A stretch of 11,379 nucleotides of DNA, taken from contig JAWODC010000094.1 of NCBI GenBank assembly GCA_046483495.1, positions 1-11,379 on the forward strand, read 5' to 3'. The position numbers and the translations under genes are program-made. How positions within the stretch are numbered: the stretch's first letter is position 1; every line of letters begins with the position of its first letter. This document shows positions 1 to 8,459 of the stretch, in pieces. This stretch comes from Desulfobacterales bacterium (GTDB taxonomy: Bacteria > Desulfobacterota > Desulfobacteria > Desulfobacterales > UBA5616). Under the pieces are notes generated by a model. The model did not search any database. It was given only the letters and a program-made list of their open reading frames with translations, and was not told where the DNA came from.

Positions 1-619
1 GTGGGGTCAATATTTCAGAAAGCTTTTTAGTGTAATGAATCGCCAGATCCAAATCATATCCATTTCTAAAGTTTATTCCGGTGAAAGGGGTCATATGATA
101 TTTCCTTTCAATGAAATCCATAAATTCGTTGAATAGGTGTTTCCCAACCGGATTATTTATGTCCGGACCTAATTCACCCATGAGTTCAAGCAAGGAGATC
201 CAGGAAATAAAAATTATGGTGACATTTTCCGGATGTGGCAGTTGTTTGATTATATCTGGTTCTGTTTCATCAGGAGTAAGGATTAATAAATAGGAATTTT
301 GGTACTCTTTGATTTGGTTTATATGTCCTTTAAGCTGATCTCTTTCTAAGGAATTGGGAAATATTTTCGTTTCAATTCCGATGCAAGTTTCAAATTCCTC
401 AGAATATATGTAACCATCAATAACTGAATTTTTTTCCTTTGGTCTAAAGGGAGCGGTTTGGGTCAAAATTTTTAAATGTTTACCGGAAACACCAATGTTG
501 AGTTTGTTTAATATCTTTTTTAGAAGCTGCTCATTATGATTGAAAACGATTAGGAGAGCATGGGTAAGGTTATTCTCATCCTGATCATATTTATCGAAAA
601 TATTTCTCAGCTTTTTCAA
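1..619 (-). CDS. PD-(D/E)XK nuclease-superfamily protein (PDDEXK_4-like); 3' end runs off the window
   Basis: Manual translation, not in the ORF track: 206 stop-free codons from TTG at 619-617 to the window edge (in-frame TAG upstream at 649-647). LKKLRNIFDKYDQDENNLTHAL...NSVIDGYIYSEEFETCIGIETKIFPNSLERDQLKGH...YLLILTPD...FISW. Shows helix-1 E15, D68, E83-T-K85 and Q95-L-x-x-H99. No clear RBS, so the start is uncertain. Confidence 0.8.
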   Translation of the reverse strand, partial: MKKLRNIFDKYDQDENNLTHALLIVFNHNEQLLKKILNKLNIGVSGKHLKILTQTAPFRPKEKNSVIDGYIYSEEFETCIGIETKIFPNSLERDQLKGHINQIKEYQNSYLLILTPDETEPDIIKQLPHPENVTIIFISWISLLELMGELGPDINNPVGKHLFNEFMDFIERKYHMTPFTGINFRNGYDLDLAIHYTKKLSEILTP

Positions 620-663
620 TTTAAATTTGGTCTTGATGGGCTGGATCTAAAGAACTTTAGAAT

Positions 664-685
664 GTTAGGAATAGCGTTAGGTATT
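664..685. repeat. Tandem imperfect direct repeat GTTAGGAATA / GTTAGGTATT (12-bp period)
   Basis: Copies at 664-673 and 676-685, about 65-90 bp from the tRNA-Glu 3' end. Function is inferred only. Confidence 0.45.
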
Positions 686-722
686 AAATGATGATAAATC
701 TAATATTTCAAGGCAAAGGACC

Positions 723-741
723 TAATCTTTTAAAAAGATTA
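723..741. repeat. Perfect 9-bp inverted repeat TAATCTTTT-A-AAAAGATTA
   Basis: Arms at 723-731 and 733-741, about 10 bp beyond the tRNA-Glu CCA. Too AT-rich to be a strong intrinsic terminator. Confidence 0.55.
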
Positions 742-750
742 CATAAAAAG

Positions 751-828
751 TGGCGTCCCCAAGGGGATTTGAACCCCTGTCGCCGGCGTGAAAGGCCGGT
801 GTCCTGGACCTGGCTAGACGATGGGGAC
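751..828 (-). tRNA. tRNA-Glu(TTC)
   Basis: Reverse complement GTCCCCATCGTCTAGCCAGGTCCAGGACACCGGCCTTTCACGCCGGCGACAGGGGTTCAAATCCCCTTGGGGACGCCA: acceptor stem GTCCCCA/TGGGGAC, anticodon arm CCGGC-CTTTCAC-GCCGG, T-loop TTCAAAT, encoded CCA. Confidence 0.98.
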
Positions 829-854
829 GCAAGATGCCCGTTTTCTCTCTTTAG

Positions 855-927
855 TGGGCCGTGCTGGGCTCGAACCAGCGACTCTCTGCTTAAAAGGCAG
901 ATACTCTACCGACTGAGTTAACGGCCC
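855..927 (-). tRNA. tRNA-Lys(TTT), CCA not encoded
   Basis: Reverse complement GGGCCGTTAACTCAGTCGGTAGAGTATCTGCCTTTTAAGCAGAGAGTCGCTGGTTCGAGCCCAGCACGGCCCA: acceptor stem GGGCCGT/ACGGCCC, anticodon loop CTTTTAA, T-loop TTCGAGC. Followed by CTA. Confidence 0.97.
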
Positions 928-939
928 TTGAAACTGAGC

Positions 940-991
940 TAATTAACGAGTTATTTTATCATTGTCAACAAAAAACAGCCAGTTTTTTTTT
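940..991 (-). promoter_or_regulatory. Putative sigma70 promoter of the tRNA pair with UP-like A/T tracts
   Basis: Perfect TTGACA at 968-963, preceded by A9 and T6 tracts. The -10 candidate at 17-bp spacing (TAATTA, 945-940) is a poor match. It lies 12 nt upstream of tRNA-Lys. Confidence 0.5.
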
Positions 992-1066
992 GGAGAAAGT
1001 CAATCCGGATCATTGCGTCATGTCCGGAAATGCAAGGCGTTACGGTCTGGCCCATACCCATCTTTT

Positions 1067-2515
1067 TTATTTCCGCCAAAATTCCGGAACCAGTAAAATG
1101 ATTACTGTAAATATCTCTAGTCTTCCCAGAAGCATACACCAGATGAGCAGCCATTTGCCCACAGCGGGAATTGCCGCATAATTTTCCGCCGGCCCTACCA
1201 TCCCGAAACCGGGTCCGATATTCCCGATCGCGGCGGCAACCGATCCAATGGCGGTTTCAAAATCGACTCCGATGCCTGCCATCGCTATCGAACCGATGAT
1301 GAATGTGCCGATATAAAGGGCCAGGAATCCGAAAATGCTGTGCATAACGTTATCCGAAACGGAATGGCCGCCGATTTTCACGTGCTTGACGGCATGGGGG
1401 TGAATGAAACGGAATAATTCCTTGTAGCAAAATTTGAAACAGAACATGATGCGCAGGCATTTCATGCCGCCGCCGGTTGAACCTGCGGATGCGCCCAGAA
1501 ACATACACATCAGCAGAATCAACCGGCTCATGGCCGGCCATTGCTCGTAATCGGCTGTGACATAACCGGTGGTAGTAATGATGGAAATCACCTGAAAGGC
1601 GCCGTATCGAAGGGAATCGCCGATGGTGTCGTAAATCGTTCCATAGACATCGAAGATGACGAGAAGTGTCAAAATCAGTACGGCGCCCAAAAAGAACCGG
1701 AATTCCGAATCCCGCCAAAATACAAGGGGCTTGCCTTTTAACGCCTGGTAATGCAGCGAAAAATTGATGCCCGCCAGAATCATGAAGAATATGAACACGG
1801 TGTCGAAGTAGACGCTGTTGAAATGGGCAATGGACGTATTCATAACGGAGTATCCGCCGGTGGGCATCGTAGTCAGGGCATGGGAGAGAGCATGGTACAC
1901 ATCCATACCGCCGATGAGTAAAAGCAGAACCTCGACAAGCGTAAAAAGCACATAAACCTTCCAAAGAACTGCTGCCGTTTCCTTGACCCGGGGCTTTAGT
2001 TTATCCGGGACGGGACTGGGCACCTCGGCCTTGTAAAGCTGCATGCCCCCCACCCCGAGAAACGGCAGTATCGCCAACGAAAGGACGATAATCCCCATGC
2101 CGCCCAGCCATTGTATAAGGCTCCGCCAGAACAAGAGCCCTTTTGGAAACATTTCGATGTCGACCATCACCGACGCGCCGGTGGTGGTAAATCCTGATAC
2201 GGATTCGAAAAACGAATCGACAAACGTGGCGAGCCCGCCTTCGAAATAGAACGGCAACGATCCGAAAACACCGATGGCCGTCCACCCGATGGCTACGACG
2301 GCCATTCCCTCCCGCTGAGTGATCACCTCCGCTTTTTGTCCCCTGAACAGGGCCCATATGAAAAATCCTGAAAAAACGGTGATGCCCATCGACTTTAACA
2401 GGGGGATCGCACTGGCGTCGCTGTAATACAGGGCGAACAACAGGGGAAAAATCAGCGTAATGCCCAAAAACATGAGAAGCAGCCCGACCACTCTTAAAAT
2501 ATATTGCCAGCGCAT
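1067..2515 (-). CDS. trkH: Trk system potassium uptake membrane protein TrkH
   Basis: 482 aa polytopic membrane protein with four pore-loop signatures (FFESVSGFTTTGAS, TTMPTGGYS, IITTTGY, NIGPG), plus QWLGGMG, GSTGGGMK and MLLGRLE. Its ATG overlaps the trkA stop (TGATG at 2517-2513). Confidence 0.97.
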   Translation of the reverse strand: MRWQYILRVVGLLLMFLGITLIFPLLFALYYSDASAIPLLKSMGITVFSGFFIWALFRGQKAEVITQREGMAVVAIGWTAIGVFGSLPFYFEGGLATFVDSFFESVSGFTTTGASVMVDIEMFPKGLLFWRSLIQWLGGMGIIVLSLAILPFLGVGGMQLYKAEVPSPVPDKLKPRVKETAAVLWKVYVLFTLVEVLLLLIGGMDVYHALSHALTTMPTGGYSVMNTSIAHFNSVYFDTVFIFFMILAGINFSLHYQALKGKPLVFWRDSEFRFFLGAVLILTLLVIFDVYGTIYDTIGDSLRYGAFQVISIITTTGYVTADYEQWPAMSRLILLMCMFLGASAGSTGGGMKCLRIMFCFKFCYKELFRFIHPHAVKHVKIGGHSVSDNVMHSIFGFLALYIGTFIIGSIAMAGIGVDFETAIGSVAAAIGNIGPGFGMVGPAENYAAIPAVGKWLLIWCMLLGRLEIFTVIILLVPEFWRK

Positions 2516-3879
2516 CAGAAGAACTCCAGTTTAACGGCAAGTATTTTCTCGATCTTCGATATGGCCTGCCTTCTTGCAAAAATGATGATCCTGTCATTGG
2601 GCAATATGACGCTGTCACCGGAAGGAATGATAAATTCGTCTTTGCGGATGATCCCGGTGACCAGGGAGCCCTTGGGCATGTGTATGTTTTTTAAGGGCTT
2701 GTTTACGATATCGGAAGTCTCCATGGCCTCGGCTTCCAGCACTTCGGCCTGCTCGCCTTTAATGGACATGGCCGAAAGCACTTTCCCGCGCCGGATATGC
2801 TGCAGGATGGTGTTGATGGCGGAGAGCCGGGGGCTGACCACCTGATCGAGTCCGATGGCCGTCATCAATGGGAAATAGCTGAACTTGCTGATTTGGGTGA
2901 TCGTCTTTTTGGCACCCAGCTGTTTTGCGAGCAGGGACGAAAGGATGTTGGTTTCCTCGTCATTGGTCAGGGTAACCACCACATCCACATCACGAATGTT
3001 TTCTTCACGGAGCAGTTCCTGGTCGGACCCGTCACCGTGCAGCACAATGGTCTTGTTTAACCGATCTGCGATTTGAAGGCATCGTTTCTCATCTTTTTCA
3101 ATGAGTTTCGTGTGAATTGATTTTTTCTCGAGAAGACGCGCGAGCCGAAAACCGATTCTGCCCCCACCGATGATGAGTACCCTGCGGACCGGCTCCGCCC
3201 GCACATTGAAGATTGACAGGGTTTCCATGAGGTTGCCGCCCTCACTGATAAAATAGACCAAATCGCCGGCATACAGCTTGTCGTTCCCTCTGGGTATGAT
3301 GAGGTTTTCTTCACGGATAACGGCGGCGATCAGCGGGACCGGATGCTTGACTTTGAGGGGGAGCTCCAACAGCGGCACTCCGATAACAGGCTCATTTTTG
3401 TCCAGCCGGACGCCTATCAGCTTAATCCGTCCTTCGGCGAACTCCCCCACATCCACGGCGCCCGGAACGCTCATCAGCATATCGATCGTTTTGACGACTT
3501 CGATTTCCGGGTTGATGATGGTGTCGATGCGCGGCGGTTGCGTCTTGAACGTTTCGTAAAAAACATCGAAGGCCGCCGCTCGAATCCGCGCCAGTTTTTT
3601 GGTGGAGGGGGAGATGATATCCGCTACCAGGCAGGCAACGAGGTTGGTTTCGTCACTGTTCGTTACCGCCAGCAATATTTCAGCTTCTTTGATGCCGGCT
3701 TCCAGCAGGGAATCCGGACTGCTGCCGGATCCTTGCACTGTTTGAACGTCAAGGATGTCGCTCACGCGACGAACGGCCGCGGCGTTTTGGTCGATCACCA
3801 CGACATCCTTGTTTTCCCTGGCCAGATGACTTGCGATTTGAAAACCAACTTCGCCGGCGCCTACGATTACGATCTTCAA
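2515..3879 (-). CDS. trkA: Trk system potassium uptake regulatory subunit TrkA (tandem RCK)
   Basis: 454 aa with two Rossmann GxGxxG motifs (IVGAGEVG, IIGGGRIG) and SDETN/DEETN. TTG start with AAGGAG 8 nt upstream. Confidence 0.97.
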   Translation of the reverse strand: MKIVIVGAGEVGFQIASHLARENKDVVVIDQNAAAVRRVSDILDVQTVQGSGSSPDSLLEAGIKEAEILLAVTNSDETNLVACLVADIISPSTKKLARIRAAAFDVFYETFKTQPPRIDTIINPEIEVVKTIDMLMSVPGAVDVGEFAEGRIKLIGVRLDKNEPVIGVPLLELPLKVKHPVPLIAAVIREENLIIPRGNDKLYAGDLVYFISEGGNLMETLSIFNVRAEPVRRVLIIGGGRIGFRLARLLEKKSIHTKLIEKDEKRCLQIADRLNKTIVLHGDGSDQELLREENIRDVDVVVTLTNDEETNILSSLLAKQLGAKKTITQISKFSYFPLMTAIGLDQVVSPRLSAINTILQHIRRGKVLSAMSIKGEQAEVLEAEAMETSDIVNKPLKNIHMPKGSLVTGIIRKDEFIIPSGDSVILPNDRIIIFARRQAISKIEKILAVKLEFF

Positions 3880-3982
3880 ACCATCTACTCCTTTAACGTT
3901 TCAGCACCTGATTTCCGATTTCACGTAACTCGGTCAACATTTTACTAAAGCCGCCCCAGGGCTGCGTTTTTTCTGATGACAT

Positions 3983-4921
3983 CTATTCGGGCGGTTCCGA
4001 AGACCGGTAAAAACAATCGCCGTATACCACCTTTCTTAAGCTGCCGTCTTTTTGCCTCAGAATCAAGGCTCCGCTGTCATCCACATCCTCGGCGACTCCT
4101 TGCAGGGTTTCATGAAGGGTTACGACTTTTACAGGTTTTTTCAGAGTGCCTGAATAGGTTTTCCATTCTGAAATAATGTTGTCATCACCGATTTGCGGCA
4201 ACCGGTTTTCGAATTCATCCAGGAAACAGGAGAGAATATCTCTCCGATGGACCGGTTTTCTGAGTATCCTTTTCAGTGAAATCGCCTCCTGTTCCTTGGG
4301 TGCGGGATCATTATTTACATTTATGCCGATGCCCAGATTGATAAAATGGATGCGGTCGGTTTCCGCCTCCAATTCGGACAGCATGCCGGAAAGCTTGGCG
4401 CCATCCACCAGGATGTCGTTGGGCCATTTTACCGATGCATTGACCCCATACTGTTTACGCAATAATTTTGCCAATGTCAAAGAGGCGGCGAAATTGATGC
4501 GAAAACTTAAAACCGGCGGGAGAAGGGGCCTTAATATCATTGAGAAATAAAGTCCGCCCTTTTCAGAAATCCAGGTCCGCGTCAGCCTGCCCCTGCCCTT
4601 TGTCTGGCGTTCGGCAATGACAACCGTGAATTCGGGGCATCCCTTTCGCGCAAGGTTCCTGGCTGTATCCATGGTGGACGGCAACTCTTCGAAATAGTGA
4701 ATTCGATCCGCCCTTCTGCCGAATTCCCATGGAAAGAGGGCATCCGGCGTCCCCTCGAGCCGGTAACCATTCGGCGTTGCGGCGATCGCATATCCCAGTT
4801 CTTTGAGTCTGTTGATATGCTTCCATATGGAAACCCTTGAAATGCCGCATTGTGCACTGATGGCTTCACCACTTACCACGCCGCCGCTTTGCCGCAATAT
4901 GTCAAGTATCCGTGCCTTCAT
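3983..4921 (-). CDS. birA: Bifunctional biotin--[acetyl-CoA-carboxylase] ligase / biotin repressor
   Basis: 312 aa. N-terminal winged HTH (VSGEAISAQCGISRVSIWKHINRL), QTKGRGR, KWPND, KLSGML, GIGIN and a C-terminal SH3-like domain (DDSGAL). Confidence 0.96.
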   Translation of the reverse strand: MKARILDILRQSGGVVSGEAISAQCGISRVSIWKHINRLKELGYAIAATPNGYRLEGTPDALFPWEFGRRADRIHYFEELPSTMDTARNLARKGCPEFTVVIAERQTKGRGRLTRTWISEKGGLYFSMILRPLLPPVLSFRINFAASLTLAKLLRKQYGVNASVKWPNDILVDGAKLSGMLSELEAETDRIHFINLGIGINVNNDPAPKEQEAISLKRILRKPVHRRDILSCFLDEFENRLPQIGDDNIISEWKTYSGTLKKPVKVVTLHETLQGVAEDVDDSGALILRQKDGSLRKVVYGDCFYRSSEPPE

Positions 4922-4981
4922 ATCCTGCTGATGCGCTTCACGTGTTATTCGGGTTACGGGCTTGCAGGTTTTCGAATCCTG

Positions 4982-6640
4982 CTAACGCTTCAAATACAAA
5001 TCGCCGTATTTCGCCCTGATATCCTTTTTTGAAAATTTTCCCACGCTGGTTTTGGGAATGGCCTCGACGAACAGGATCTCATCGGGGAGTTGCCATTTGG
5101 CAAATTTCTGAGCGATAAAATCAAGGAGATCCGCCTTGGTCGTTTTGCCTGCGGCCGTTTCGCGCAAGACCACCAGTGCCAGCGGACGTTCTTCCCATTG
5201 CGGATGTTCGATCCCCACGACGGTAGCCTCCAGCACAGCGGGATGGGCCATTAACGCGTTTTCCAGGTCGATGGAGGATATCCATTCCCCGCCGCTCTTG
5301 ATAATATCCTTGAATCGGTCGGTTATCTTCAAATAGCCGTTTTCGTCGATGGTGCCGGCATCACCGCTTTTCCAATACCCGTCCACGAACGCGCCGTCCG
5401 TTCTTTCATCGTCGAAATAAGCGGTCGTGATCCAAGGTCCCCGGATCAGCACTTCGCCCACGGATTTTCCGTCGTGTGGGAGTGGACGGCCGTCAGCATC
5501 CCGGATTTCCACATCCAGCCCGGTCAAGGGCAATCCCTGCTTTTTTCGAAGCTCCCATTTTTCTTCTTCGGTTAACCGGTTCAAAGACGGTTTCAGACGG
5601 TTTATCGTAACCAGCGGTGTGGTTTCCGTGGCACCGTAGCCGTGTATGATTTCTGCTCCTCCCAGGTCCCAAAATCCTTTCATCATGGCCAGTGACGGCT
5701 CGCTGGCACCGGATATCATCCGCAATCCGGTGAACTTCGGAGAAGACGGCAGCGTTTTGATGTATTCCAGCATGGGCATGAATATGGCCGGAGCCCCTCC
5801 CGTAACCGTAACGTTCTCGTCCCGCATCAGGTCCACCAGTTCATGGACCTTTTCCGCCGAATAAAATCCGGGAAACACGAGCTTTGCCCCCACCAGGGTG
5901 GCGGAAAAAAACATTCCCCATCCATGGCAGTGAAACATCGGAACCGTCTGCATGACCACATCATTCAGCGACATGCCGACCATTAGCGCATTCATCAGGG
6001 AATGCAGGTAAATGCAGCGGTGGGAGTAATACACACCCTTGGGCTTTCCCGTCGTTCCGGTAGTGTAGCAGGCGCTGTATGCCGAATGCTCGTCGATGAG
6101 GGGCCAATTGTAGGAAGGCGCCTGTTCCGCCAGAACAGCTTCATAATGGCAAACAGGCGCGAGGGATGTTTGGATTTCACCGGAAGGCCTGTCGGTAAGA
6201 AGGCCGTATCCGGCAACGGTGGTCAATTCCGATTGGATGGGTTCGATAAGTGAAACAAGGGTTTCATTGACGAATATCAACTTCGCCCGGCTGTGGTTGA
6301 TGACATAGGCGCGATCCGCAAGGGATATTCTGGGATTGATCTGCAATAGAACCGCTCCTATGCCGGATACCGCAAAAAACAATTCAAAAAATCGATGGGT
6401 ATTCCATTCCAGAACGCCCACCCTGTCCCCCGGCTTGATGCCGAGCTGCACCAGGGCATTGGCGAGCTGCTGAATTCTGTCAAATGCTTCCCTGTAGGTG
6501 AACCGCCGGATTTCACCACCGGCCTCACGGGAGACGACCTCCACCTCCGGGTAGGTTCTTGCCGCCCCTTTAATCATTGAAATGGTGTTCAATGGATACG
6601 CATCGTTGGATGTAGCGGGAAACCCCTGAATGACGTCCAT
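4982..6640 (-). CDS. Acyl-CoA synthetase (AMP-forming), fatty-acid--CoA ligase of the AlkK/DmdB-like type
   Basis: 552 aa with YTTGTTGKPKG P-loop, VPMFHCHGWG, HGYGATE, SGD, DRFKDIIKSGGEWISS, WEERP and PKTSVGKFSK. AGGAG 9 nt before the ATG. Substrate not assignable. Confidence 0.93.
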   Translation of the reverse strand: MDVIQGFPATSNDAYPLNTISMIKGAARTYPEVEVVSREAGGEIRRFTYREAFDRIQQLANALVQLGIKPGDRVGVLEWNTHRFFELFFAVSGIGAVLLQINPRISLADRAYVINHSRAKLIFVNETLVSLIEPIQSELTTVAGYGLLTDRPSGEIQTSLAPVCHYEAVLAEQAPSYNWPLIDEHSAYSACYTTGTTGKPKGVYYSHRCIYLHSLMNALMVGMSLNDVVMQTVPMFHCHGWGMFFSATLVGAKLVFPGFYSAEKVHELVDLMRDENVTVTGGAPAIFMPMLEYIKTLPSSPKFTGLRMISGASEPSLAMMKGFWDLGGAEIIHGYGATETTPLVTINRLKPSLNRLTEEEKWELRKKQGLPLTGLDVEIRDADGRPLPHDGKSVGEVLIRGPWITTAYFDDERTDGAFVDGYWKSGDAGTIDENGYLKITDRFKDIIKSGGEWISSIDLENALMAHPAVLEATVVGIEHPQWEERPLALVVLRETAAGKTTKADLLDFIAQKFAKWQLPDEILFVEAIPKTSVGKFSKKDIRAKYGDLYLKR

Positions 6641-6757
6641 AATGTTTTTCTCCTGTCCTGGTGTTCTTTTCTTGGGAAGGATCCGGGTCCATGTCGCTGA
6701 TGTCGAACCGGTCTTTTTGAAATGGAAAACGAAATCATGCCCGCAAAGCCATCGGCA

Positions 6758-8368
6758 TCAAAACCGACCGAAAGGGGGATCCGGGAAAGTCGTCTTCAAT
6801 TCGATCAACCGCATCCGTCCTGAATCCAGAGCGTCTGCAACAGCATCATGCAATTGTTCCGGAGAATCCACGCATGCGGCTCCTATGCCGTAAGCAGCGG
6901 CCAATGACTTGAAATCAGGGTTGAACAGCGCTGTTTCATAACCGGCCTTGTAATGGGTGTTTTGAAGAAAATCGATCATCCGGTAGGCCCCGTCGTTGAC
7001 CACGATAACGGGAAATCCCACGCGATTCGCCACACAGGTGGACAGTTCCTGTGATCCGTATAAAAATCCGCCGTCACCGATCAATGCCGCTACAGGAATA
7101 TCCGGACAGGCGATTTTGAGGCCTGCGGCCGCCGGGAATGCAAATCCGATGGGCGAAGCCCCCTTTGCCGGCACAAGGCCCAAGGGGCGGAAAGACGGGT
7201 AGAGCTGCTCGGCGAAATATCCCAGAATGGTATTGTCCACCACCAGAATGCCCGAATCCGGTATCGCACGGCGAACAGCGTCCAGATAAGTCGTCTCCGG
7301 CGAAATGCCGGGAGTCTTTTCCAGCACCCGCTCGCGTTTTGCATTCATCCTGTCGACGAAAGCCTTTCGTTCGGGAGGAATCGCCCGGCCGAGTCTCCTT
7401 TTCAGTGAACCGAGCATCTCGGAAACGTCGCCGACCAGACCGATGTCCGCTCGAAAGTTTTTGTCTATCCATTGTCTGTCCCAATCCATATGAATCAATC
7501 CCGGCAGGACGACCCCCCTGCGCTTGAAATCCACATACCGCAAACGCGAACCGATGGACAGCGTAACATCGCAGCACTGGTGAATCTCTTTTACCACGCC
7601 CCCGTTCGTCACGTTTCCAAAGGAGAGCCGGTTGTCCTCCCGGATAATGCCTTTGCCGCCGGCGTCCGTCAGCACCGGTGCATCGAGCATGACGGCCAGT
7701 TCGGTCACCTCGGAGGCCATACCGGCATGGACGGCCTCGATGCCTGCGATGATCAGCGGCCGCTTCGCTTTTTCAATGCGCTCGACAACGGCATCCAGAT
7801 CCGACTCAGACCGTGGTTTTGGCGAAAAATCCTGAACGGTTCCGGCTCCCGTGCCGGCTTCCATGTCCCACATATCATAGGGAACTTCGAGGTAAGCCGG
7901 TCCGGGGCGACCGGAACGGGCGGTTAAAATGACCCGGTTCACGCGTTCGGCGACATTAACGTCGGGCCTTAAGCAGCAGCGGCACTTCGTGACGCTTTTA
8001 AATGCCGATTCCTGATGCCGGAACTCGTGGAGGACGCCGGTATTTTTACCCATCTGCGATGTCCGGACATTGCTGGAGATGATCAGCACCGGCGAGCAGC
8101 TGTAAAAGGCCTCGATCAGCGGCGACAGCGTGTAGGCGGCACCGGGACCGGTGGAAGCGATCACCACCCCGACACCGGCACCGGAGCGGGCATAACCGTC
8201 CGCCATATGGACGGCGCTTCCCTCATGGCGGCACAGGATATGCCGTACACTGCCATCGCGGCGAAGGGCATCGTAAAATCCGATGTTATGAATGCTTGGT
8301 ATGCCGAATACGGTTGTGACGCCGTTGGATTTCAGGGATGCAAGAATACGATCTGCAATTTTGGGCAT
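6758..8368 (-). CDS. Thiamine-diphosphate-dependent enzyme (acetolactate synthase/decarboxylase superfamily)
   Basis: Start reassigned to ATG 8368 (MPKIADRIL, GGGAG upstream), giving 536 aa. FGIPSIHN, catalytic Glu in RHEGSA, MADGYAR, STGPG, GVLHE, and ThDP/Mg motif GDGGFLY...VVND. No ilvH/ilvC neighbours. Confidence 0.92.
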   Translation of the reverse strand: MPKIADRILASLKSNGVTTVFGIPSIHNIGFYDALRRDGSVRHILCRHEGSAVHMADGYARSGAGVGVVIASTGPGAAYTLSPLIEAFYSCSPVLIISSNVRTSQMGKNTGVLHEFRHQESAFKSVTKCRCCLRPDVNVAERVNRVILTARSGRPGPAYLEVPYDMWDMEAGTGAGTVQDFSPKPRSESDLDAVVERIEKAKRPLIIAGIEAVHAGMASEVTELAVMLDAPVLTDAGGKGIIREDNRLSFGNVTNGGVVKEIHQCCDVTLSIGSRLRYVDFKRRGVVLPGLIHMDWDRQWIDKNFRADIGLVGDVSEMLGSLKRRLGRAIPPERKAFVDRMNAKRERVLEKTPGISPETTYLDAVRRAIPDSGILVVDNTILGYFAEQLYPSFRPLGLVPAKGASPIGFAFPAAAGLKIACPDIPVAALIGDGGFLYGSQELSTCVANRVGFPVIVVNDGAYRMIDFLQNTHYKAGYETALFNPDFKSLAAAYGIGAACVDSPEQLHDAVADALDSGRMRLIELKTTFPDPPFGRF

Positions 8369-8459
8369 TTCTTCTCCCGGACAGGAAAAACCGGCCGCAA
8401 TCACAAGGTTGGTGTAAGTTATTTAAAAAATTTAATTTACCGGCTGATATCGTTTTAAA

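Larger units (their letters stand above)
1..750. mobile_element. Probable edge of a low-GC genomic island adjoining the tRNA-Glu 3' end
   Basis: About 33% GC by hand count, starting right after the tRNA CCA, with a nuclease cargo gene. No integrase or second att copy is visible in the window. Confidence 0.5.

Noticed and set aside
111..293. 60-aa plus-strand ORF from the track
   Set aside because: Antisense shadow of the longer, motif-bearing nuclease frame on the minus strand.
688..1181. ORFs 688-921 (+), 951-1154 (-) and 990-1181 (+)
   Set aside because: They overlap the tRNA genes, their promoter or the trkH 3' end, and have no recognisable motifs.
3876..3884. Mini-ORF ATG-GTT-TGA overlapping the trkA TTG start (minus strand)
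   Set aside because: The ATG is only 3 nt from the AAGGAG, whereas the TTG is at a good 8-nt spacing. No evidence for a regulatory uORF.
4944..4982. Short GCAGG...CCTGC hairpin between the CoA ligase and birA
   Set aside because: Stem is only 5 bp and there is no U tract, so it is not supportable as a terminator or BirA operator.
8369..8404. ORF-track N-terminal extension of the ThDP enzyme (likewise 9888-9941 for DUF1329)
   Set aside because: The downstream ATGs have proper RBSs and coincide with the domain start or signal peptide.
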